Assembly: GCA_964602665.1 (NCBI GenBank)
Contig: CAZRRH010000001.1
Span: 8,414-72,413, forward strand
DNA: 64,000 bases
Direction: 5' to 3'
From: an uncultured Candidatus Saccharibacteria bacterium
Lineage (GTDB): Bacteria > Patescibacteriota > Dojkabacteria > SC72 > WJKH01
This document shows, in pieces, positions 58,317 through 64,000 of this stretch. The notes beneath the pieces were generated by a model. That model was not told where the DNA came from. It did no database searches and saw only the letters and a program-made list of their open reading frames with translations. A program made the translations under genes and the position numbers. Every line of letters begins with the position of its first letter. Positions within the stretch are counted from its first letter, which is position 1.

Positions 58317-58575
58317 CTTTTTTGTTTGTATTAATTTAATTAAACGCCCCCGCCATTAGGAATTTTGCTTTGTAACAGACATAACTACATCTGTCCTCAA
58401 TACCAAAATTCCTAATGGCGGGGGCGTATCTATTTCTTACGCGGTACCACCCTACCTTTGATCTCTTTTCTAGTATTTATACGGTTTTATTCCGTCGGAT
58501 TCTACTCTCCTGTCTATACACAACAAAATTTCTTTCCGCCCCATCCTCAGATGAACAATTCTGAGTCTATCGGGT
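58317..58575 (-). promoter_or_regulatory. T-box riboswitch leader (antiterminator/terminator) upstream of pheS
   Basis: The minus strand contains AAAGGUAGGGUGGUACCGCG (the T-box consensus AGGGUGGNACCGCG) at 58453..58440. A perfect 24-bp terminator stem lies at 58427..58404 and 58367..58344 (GCCCCCGCCAUUAGGAAUUUUG ... CAAAAUUCCUAAUGGCGGGGGCG), followed by a U/A-rich tract. GGGUGG can pair with CCGCCC of the terminator 5' arm to form the antiterminator. A small upstream hairpin at 58565..58546 displays UUC. Confidence 0.75.
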
Positions 58576-58917
58576 TTATTTAGCCTGATTTACTATTTTT
58601 GAAAATAATTCAGGACTGTCTTGCAAAATCTCTGATAATACTTTTCTGTTTAACTGAATCTTTGCTTTTTTTAAACCGAAGATTAGCTCTTTATATTTGA
58701 GCCCGTTTTGCAATGCGCCTGCATTTAATCTTGTTATCCAAACCCTGCGCATTTGACTTGCTCTCCTGCGTCTGTGGATATAAGAATATTGTCCTGCATG
58801 TAAATATGCCTCGTGAGCAACTTTGTACAGCTTACTTTTTGTCATTCTATAACCTTTATTTGCATTAAGGACTTTTTTATGTCTTCTTCTTGTTACAACA
58901 CCACCTTTTACTCTCAT
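58576..58917 (-). CDS. rplT: ribosomal protein L20
   Basis: VTRRRHKKVLN...YIHRRRRASQMRRVWITRLNAGAL, strong L20 identity. Confidence 0.9.
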   Translation of the reverse strand: MRVKGGVVTRRRHKKVLNANKGYRMTKSKLYKVAHEAYLHAGQYSYIHRRRRASQMRRVWITRLNAGALQNGLKYKELIFGLKKAKIQLNRKVLSEILQDSPELFSKIVNQAK

Positions 58918-59132
58918 TTCTTTATGTTGGTTATTTTATTTCTTATTTTTGCAACAGCAACTTCTGTATGTGTTTTACTTGGTAATTTCCTTCTTTTGCT
59001 TCTTGCTGATCTCTTGGTCTGAAGATGATGTTTACGAGTTGGATTGTAAAGCCCTTTTATTTTGGATTTATCTTTAGGGTTTGTGAATTTCACTCGTTTT
59101 TTTGCTGTTTTATTTGTCTTTATTTTAGGCAT
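58914..59132 (-). CDS. rpmI: ribosomal protein L35
   Basis: MPKIKTNKTAKKRVKFT... matches L35. Start taken at the internal ATG; the listed ORF begins 12 codons upstream at a TTG. Confidence 0.75.
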   Translation of the reverse strand: MPKIKTNKTAKKRVKFTNPKDKSKIKGLYNPTRKHHLQTKRSARSKRRKLPSKTHTEVAVAKIRNKITNIKK

Positions 59133-59169
59133 GTCTTTTATTATACCATGTTGGTCGTCATTTGTCAAT

Positions 59170-59772
59170 CTAGGGAGAAACTGTTATCCTCAGCACTGGC
59201 CCCATTGCAACAGAATCTTTATCTCCTGAAACTTTTAAATTTATGCTTGTCATCTCATGCTCTTCACCATCTAGAGGACAAAAACGGGCAACAACAGAAC
59301 CTTCGGCTCTGTTTTCTTTAAGCACTCCTTCTGGTGCTCTCTCAAGGATCATTGCGCTACGATATGATCCTTCTTGATTATCGGTGGCTCTTGCATCGAT
59401 AACAGCATCTTCAAAACAAGCTTGATTTGTATTCCCAAAAGCAATTCCATAAGGAGAAGGGCTCACACCTGCATTCATGCGGTATTCAAGCTCAACTGGA
59501 TCAAAAATCATTGGTACAACCATAGTTGGGGACCCGGCAACTACGGACCTGGGTTGCCAAAAAGATGTCCTTAAAGATCTCATTGCATCAAGAATTTTTT
59601 CACCGTTATTAACAAGATGTTGAAAATGCTTCAACCTTGCAGAAAATCTTGGAGCAACAACTTCCATCCCTTTGAAAACTCGCTCGTGCGATCTTCGCCA
59701 AACAATGGTTTCCTCTTCATTAGGTATTTGCGTAACAGTTCTTTCAGATGTGGGTCTGTTATAAAATGTCAT
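59170..59772 (-). CDS. hypothetical protein (200 aa), a compositionally atypical gene (about 45% GC) between infC and rpmI
   Basis: The ORF has no recognisable motifs and breaks up the otherwise conserved infC-rpmI-rplT arrangement. Hand-counted GC of 60-nt samples is about 45% against about 30% in flanking genes. Confidence 0.35.
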   Translation of the reverse strand: MTFYNRPTSERTVTQIPNEEETIVWRRSHERVFKGMEVVAPRFSARLKHFQHLVNNGEKILDAMRSLRTSFWQPRSVVAGSPTMVVPMIFDPVELEYRMNAGVSPSPYGIAFGNTNQACFEDAVIDARATDNQEGSYRSAMILERAPEGVLKENRAEGSVVARFCPLDGEEHEMTSINLKVSGDKDSVAMGPVLRITVSP

Positions 59773-59946
59773 GTGTGTTTTTTTACAATTTAAATATTTT
59801 TTACAATCTCTTCAATCTTTATAAAAAGAGATTCTGCATAATCCTCTGTCATCTCTCCACTCTCTATCATCTTTAACACTTTATCCGTGATAGATAATAT
59901 CAGCCTTTTTAGTTTCTCTTCTTTTAAGCTTTTCTCCATATCAAAA

Positions 59947-60492
59947 CTATTTCCTCTTCTTGTAAGTAATCATCATCCTCCTTCCTTCTTCTTTGCTATC
60001 ACCTTCGATACTGTCATAATCCATAAAAAGTTCTTTGAGCGAAGCCATAATAATCAAAGCTTGCTCTCTAGGCTGCCGGCCTCGCCTTTCTACTGTTATC
60101 CTCACATTATGGCCTTTATCCAAAAACTCTTTTGCTCTTTTGACTTTTATATCAATATCGTGCTGCTCGATCACGGGACTAAACTTAAATTCTTTCATTT
60201 CACGAGCTTTTGTACGGCTTTTTTTCTTTTTCTTATTTTGCTCGTAGAGGTATTTGGAGTAGTCCATAATTTTACAAACAGGAGGATTTGCCTCTGGACT
60301 TATTTCTATCAAATCAAGCTCTGCTTCCCACGCAATCTTTCTGGCTTCATCCGTTTTCAAAACGCCTAAATTGTTTCCTTCGTTGTCAATTACTCTTACT
60401 TCTGGTGCTTTTATATACATATTCCTGTTAGGCCCAGCGAAATAATTTCTGTTTACAGCTGGTGCTCTATTCTTATTGTAAAATTTTGGCAT
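59947..60492 (-). CDS. infC: translation initiation factor IF-3
   Basis: EVRVIDNEGNNLGVLKTDEARKIAWEAELDLIEISPEANPPVCKIMDY and C-domain conservation. Confidence 0.85.
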   Translation of the reverse strand: MPKFYNKNRAPAVNRNYFAGPNRNMYIKAPEVRVIDNEGNNLGVLKTDEARKIAWEAELDLIEISPEANPPVCKIMDYSKYLYEQNKKKKKSRTKAREMKEFKFSPVIEQHDIDIKVKRAKEFLDKGHNVRITVERRGRQPREQALIIMASLKELFMDYDSIEGDSKEEGRRMMITYKKRK

Positions 60493-60508
60493 ATCTCCTA
60501 TTAAAAAT

Positions 60509-62290
60509 TTAACTGTTCTGTCCCAAGCTTGTTTCTCCTTTGCTTTTTATCTCCTTGACAAGCTGTTCTATAAATCGATCTTTTTGTATCATACCGATAT
60601 TTTGACCTCCCTTTGGCCTTACTGATACCGTGCCAAGCTCCATTTCCTTATCACCGACAACAACAATGTAATTTATTCTGTCTAATTCAGCTTTTCTTAT
60701 CTTTGCCTGCATTTTTTCCTCGCTCGCGTCGACAGAGCTTCTTATGCCAATATCAAGTAAATCATCATTAAGTTTGTTTAGATATTCTGTATGCTTCTGG
60801 TTAGACACAGGGATTAATCTAACCTGATTAGGCGCCAGCCAGAGAGGAAAGTTACCACCATAATACTCTATCAGAAAGGCAAAAAACCTCTCAAAAGAGC
60901 CTATCAATGCTCTGTGTATAACAAATGGTCGTTTCTTCTGCCCATCACTATCAACATAAGATATATCAAATCGTTCTGGCAGATTAAAATCTACCTGTAT
61001 TGTTGATATAGAGTCTTCTTTGCCAAAGACATTTATTGCTTGTACATCAAGCTTAGGTCCATAAAAAGCCGCTTCTCCCGGCGCCTCATAAAAATCAACT
61101 TTGTTTTTAACTAAAACATCACGGAGAGTTTGCTCTGCCACCTCCCAATCCTCCGCTGTCCCACAGAATTTAAACTTCTCGGCGGTTTTATCAGACAAAG
61201 AGAGCCTATATTTATAATTAGTAAATCCTAAGTCTTTGTAAAATTTCTGTAGCATCTCCATAACCTCCATAAATTGTGTCTCAAGTTGTGATGGCGTACA
61301 GAAAATATGAGCGTCATTTTGCGTAAATCCTCTTACTCTTTGCAAGCCATGCAGCTCTCCAGATTTCTCAAATCTATAAACAGTACCAAATTCACCTATT
61401 TTAAAAGGCAAATCTCGATAACTTTTTGTGTTCATTTTATAAATCATCATCGTGGCAGGACAATTCATTGGCTTAAGATAATATTTGTCATTCTCTATTT
61501 TTATCGGGGAGTACATCGAGTCTTTATAAAAATCAAGATGCCCAGATGTTTTGAAAAGATCTTCTTTATTTATATGAGGGGTAAGACAGTGAACATAGCC
61601 TGCTCTTCGCTCCATTTTAAGCATATAGTCTTCAAGAGTCCTGCGGATTACATAGCCATTTGGCAACCAAACAGGAAGCCCCTGACCTATTTCGTTAAAT
61701 ATGGCAAAAAGCTCCATTTCTTTGCCGATTTTGCGATGATTTCTCTCTTCTGCCAATTTAAGATTGTCAAGATAATGTTTTAACTGCTCTTTAGTTGCAA
61801 ACGCCGTCCCATAAATCCTAGTGAGCATCTTTTTTTTCTCATCTCCTCTCCAATAAGCTCCTGCAATACTAAGTAATTTGATCTTACCAACCTTACCTGT
61901 ATCAGAAACATGGGGCCCTCTACAAAGGTCTGTGAATTCTCCATTTCCAAGAGCATAAAAACTAAGTTTTTGGTCCTCAATCTCTTTTAACAGGTCAAGT
62001 TTATAAGGCTGATCCCAACTTTTGTAAAACTGTGTAGCATCACTTCGATCCTTGAAATACTGATTGACAGGCATCTTTGCTTTGATAATTCTTTGCATTT
62101 CCTTCTCAATCTTTGGAAGATCTTCCTCAGTCACAGGCTCGCTAAATTCGAAGTCGTAGTAAAATCCATTGTCGATTGCTGGACCAATACCAAGTTTAGT
62201 ATCAGGATAAAGTCGGAGTACTGCAAGTGCCAAAACATGAGATGCAGTATGCCTCATTTGTTCAAGTGCCTTTTGCTCTATTTCACTCAT
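60509..62290 (-). CDS. thrS: threonyl-tRNA synthetase (no N1/TGS domain; N2 editing domain present)
   Basis: N2 motifs RHTASHVLAL (HxxxH) and CRGPHV; class II catalytic core; C-terminal anticodon-binding domain HRALIGSFERFFAFLIEYYGGNFPLWLAP. 593 aa, against about 640 with N1. Confidence 0.9.
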   Translation of the reverse strand: MSEIEQKALEQMRHTASHVLALAVLRLYPDTKLGIGPAIDNGFYYDFEFSEPVTEEDLPKIEKEMQRIIKAKMPVNQYFKDRSDATQFYKSWDQPYKLDLLKEIEDQKLSFYALGNGEFTDLCRGPHVSDTGKVGKIKLLSIAGAYWRGDEKKKMLTRIYGTAFATKEQLKHYLDNLKLAEERNHRKIGKEMELFAIFNEIGQGLPVWLPNGYVIRRTLEDYMLKMERRAGYVHCLTPHINKEDLFKTSGHLDFYKDSMYSPIKIENDKYYLKPMNCPATMMIYKMNTKSYRDLPFKIGEFGTVYRFEKSGELHGLQRVRGFTQNDAHIFCTPSQLETQFMEVMEMLQKFYKDLGFTNYKYRLSLSDKTAEKFKFCGTAEDWEVAEQTLRDVLVKNKVDFYEAPGEAAFYGPKLDVQAINVFGKEDSISTIQVDFNLPERFDISYVDSDGQKKRPFVIHRALIGSFERFFAFLIEYYGGNFPLWLAPNQVRLIPVSNQKHTEYLNKLNDDLLDIGIRSSVDASEEKMQAKIRKAELDRINYIVVVGDKEMELGTVSVRPKGGQNIGMIQKDRFIEQLVKEIKSKGETSLGQNS

Positions 62291-62294
62291 AAGA

Positions 62295-62555
62295 TTACTT
62301 AACGGTGATTTTTTTCATTATTCTAGATTTCTTGCGGTCGGCAGTGCCTTTTTTGAGATACTTAACTTTTACTGCCTTATCTAGTACTTTTTGAAGATTA
62401 GGAAGCGTCTTCTTTGCTCCTTCAATATCTCCTTTGGCTATTTTAGAAAGAATTCCTTTTTCATTTCTTTTAATTCTGCTTTTTAGGCTGTCATTTTTCT
62501 GAGTTCTTCTCTTGATCCTGCGAATATCTTTCTGTGATGATTTTAAGTTTGCCAT
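62295..62555 (-). CDS. rpsT: ribosomal protein S20
   Basis: MANLKSSQKDIRRIKRRTQKN...KGTADRKKSR, typical S20. Confidence 0.85.
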   Translation of the reverse strand: MANLKSSQKDIRRIKRRTQKNDSLKSRIKRNEKGILSKIAKGDIEGAKKTLPNLQKVLDKAVKVKYLKKGTADRKKSRIMKKITVK

Positions 62556-62640
62556 AAATATTTTAATATATTATCTATCTATAATTATACCTCATTTTAG
62601 CTCATTTGTAAATAGCAAAAAAATTTGTTATCATATTACC

Positions 62641-63057
62641 ATGCAAAAGCAAATAATTGGCAAATTCCTTCTTGTTTTTTTAGCCGTTATTGCGGTATTA
62701 ATCCTAACTTTTCTATTTAAAAAAGAACCTCCAGCCCAAGAAATCAAGCAAGAAGAGAGCGTTGCTAAAATCTATAATATAGATTTTATAAATGTGCCAA
62801 GTGAATCAGCGCAAAAAGGCGTACCTTATTATTATCCAATTAAAACCGTAATTTCTGATGAAGGCGGAATGGAGATTGAAGCTGTACCACAATTAAAACT
62901 TATAGAAGCTCCGACATGGCTTAATTTAAATTTAGACACTTCTATTTTAGAAGGTATACCGCCAGCAATTTCTGGCGAAGCTACCTACAAAGTAGTTTTA
63001 GAGGCTGAATATGACGGATCAAAAGCAACAAAAACTTTTTACATTTTCCTTAGATAA
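62641..63057 (+). CDS. hypothetical secreted or anchored protein
   Basis: Start taken at the internal ATG, MQKQIIGKFLLVFLAVIAVLILTFLF (signal anchor). Confidence 0.35.
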   Translation: MQKQIIGKFLLVFLAVIAVLILTFLFKKEPPAQEIKQEESVAKIYNIDFINVPSESAQKGVPYYYPIKTVISDEGGMEIEAVPQLKLIEAPTWLNLNLDTSILEGIPPAISGEATYKVVLEAEYDGSKATKTFYIFLR

Positions 63058-63427
63058 GGTAATTATAGCAATCTTTATCTTGACAATACTTAGTTGTACC
63101 GTTTGGCTGTTTTTTCTAACACAAAGAAGTAAAAAGCTAAATGAACTGCAAATAGAAGCCTGCATACCTTACAATATTGATGTACAAAACAGTTCTGCTG
63201 GCGAAGCAATCATAAGCTGGCACACAAAAGGCGATTGCCTAAACTATGTGGAGTACGGAACTCATACAGGCAATATGCCTTATCAGATCACTCCCGACGA
63301 TTTAAATCCAAGGAAAGATCACTCCGTTAATTTAATAGGCGATCCGGGCAAATCATATTTCTTCGTTGTTTTATCGGAAGGGATTGCCTATGGGCAAGAT
63401 GGTGTACCGATCTTGATTAATTTATGA
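63011..63427 (+). CDS. hypothetical membrane-anchored protein with a small extracellular beta domain
   Basis: TM VIIAIFILTILSCTVWLFFL followed by a putative FN3-like domain. Low confidence. Confidence 0.3.
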   Translation: MTDQKQQKLFTFSLDKVIIAIFILTILSCTVWLFFLTQRSKKLNELQIEACIPYNIDVQNSSAGEAIISWHTKGDCLNYVEYGTHTGNMPYQITPDDLNPRKDHSVNLIGDPGKSYFFVVLSEGIAYGQDGVPILINL

Positions 63428-64000
63428 TCTGTAAACCACTCCACTTACACCTCTAAGTATAAAACCATCCATAAAACTTGTAAAATCTTGAAAAGAAGTC
63501 TCTTCAATATCTTTAAAAAAATCTGCAAAAACAACCTCTGAATCTAAGCTTATCATTGATAAAATTCCAACAACAAGAGGATCAACAACAAAATCTCCCG
63601 ACTCAAGCTTTTGACTTAACCTTGTTATCAATATTTTTTTTGCTCTTACAAATTCGTCAGGAGTAAAAAAGGGTTTCATCATAATGTTTTGCAGGAGATT
63701 CTCGAGCTTCTCTTTCTTTGCCCAATCGAAGTCAAGTCTTAATCCAATCGACAAGAAATCTGCAAATTGTGAGCTGTAAAAATCAAAACTCTTCGTATAA
63801 CTTTCTTTGTAAAGCAACTCTTGCGCCAATTTACTAAAAGATCCATCTTGCATTGCAGTATCATATATCATTGCGCAAATGATTTCTTTTTCATCTTTGG
63901 GAAGCTTTGCACAAATTTCATATAAATATATTGGCGCATCGATGTTTTTTATCTGAGTAAAATGCTTGTAGTCGCTCTTTATTGCCCATTTTGCTTTGTC
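63422..64000 (-). CDS. possible M16-family (insulinase-like) peptidase C-terminal region, truncated by the window edge
   Basis: The reading frame stays open to the window end. Weak resemblance to Peptidase_M16_C only. Confidence 0.25.
   Translation of the reverse strand, partial: DKAKWAIKSDYKHFTQIKNIDAPIYLYEICAKLPKDEKEIICAMIYDTAMQDGSFSKLAQELLYKESYTKSFDFYSSQFADFLSIGLRLDFDWAKKEKLENLLQNIMMKPFFTPDEFVRAKKILITRLSQKLESGDFVVDPLVVGILSMISLDSEVVFADFFKDIEETSFQDFTSFMDGFILRGVSGVVYRS

Noticed and set aside
58914-59168. Long L35 ORF (84 aa) as listed in the ORF track
   Set aside because: The 12-residue N-terminal extension starts at a TTG and is not conserved. The canonical MPKIKT start at an internal ATG (59130-59132) gives a normal-length L35.
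59170-59772. Possibility that the GC-rich segment between infC and rpmI is a structured RNA (for example RNase P RNA) rather than a protein gene
   Set aside because: I searched both strands for the RNase P P4 and CR-I motifs (GGAAAGUCCGGGC, ACAGAAnCCGGCUUA) and found only a 6-nt CCCGGC core without the complementary partner. No other RNA signature was seen. The ORF remains the more economical reading, though an Infernal scan should confirm.
1-64000. tRNA genes, rRNA genes and CRISPR arrays
   Set aside because: I inspected the intergenic regions by eye and found no cloverleaf-like GC-rich segments of 70-90 nt, no rRNA-like GC-rich blocks and no repeat-spacer arrays. The only RNA gene I could support is ssrA.

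Overview
This is a 64-kb, densely coding segment of a low-GC (about 30%) bacterial chromosome. The gene content and style (truncated or odd aminoacyl-tRNA synthetases, many membrane glycosyltransferases and giant surface proteins, some reading frames that begin at TTG) suggest a reduced-genome bacterium, possibly Patescibacteria/CPR. That placement is inference only. Most genes are housekeeping: NUDIX, a Xer-like recombinase, an endonuclease-V-like glycosylase, an extended adenylate-kinase paralogue, pyk, jag-yidC-yidD-rnpA-rpmH, smpB, grpE-hrcA, a minimal alaS, rplY, rpsG-rpsL-rpoC-rpoB, ftsK, a rodZ-like gene, dnaG, tmRNA, dnaK, pheT, pheS, rplT-rpmI-infC-thrS and rpsT. Seven observations stand out. 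(1) PheS carries an N-terminal AlaX/AlaRS-type editing domain, while the only AlaRS in the window is a 405-aa catalytic fragment without an editing domain. (2) A T-box riboswitch leader with a 24-bp terminator stem precedes that pheS fusion. (3) An 11-kb operon encodes an OmpR-type regulator, an ABC exporter, a DEDD exonuclease, an ECF sigma factor, a 1793-aa thioester-less alpha-2-macroglobulin-like transmembrane protein, a 589-aa secreted protein and a GT-like membrane protein. (4) Two islands of about 45% GC hold ORFs of unknown function: one abuts the tmRNA 3' end and contains an in-frame TGA, the other is inserted between infC and rpmI. (5) rpmH carries a 1-nt homopolymer frameshift. (6) There is a 1042-aa secreted M23 peptidase. 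(7) CIRCE-like operators lie at dnaK and, more weakly, at hrcA. No tRNA, rRNA or CRISPR array was found. Coordinates for RNA and regulatory features were derived by hand and may be off by a few nucleotides.
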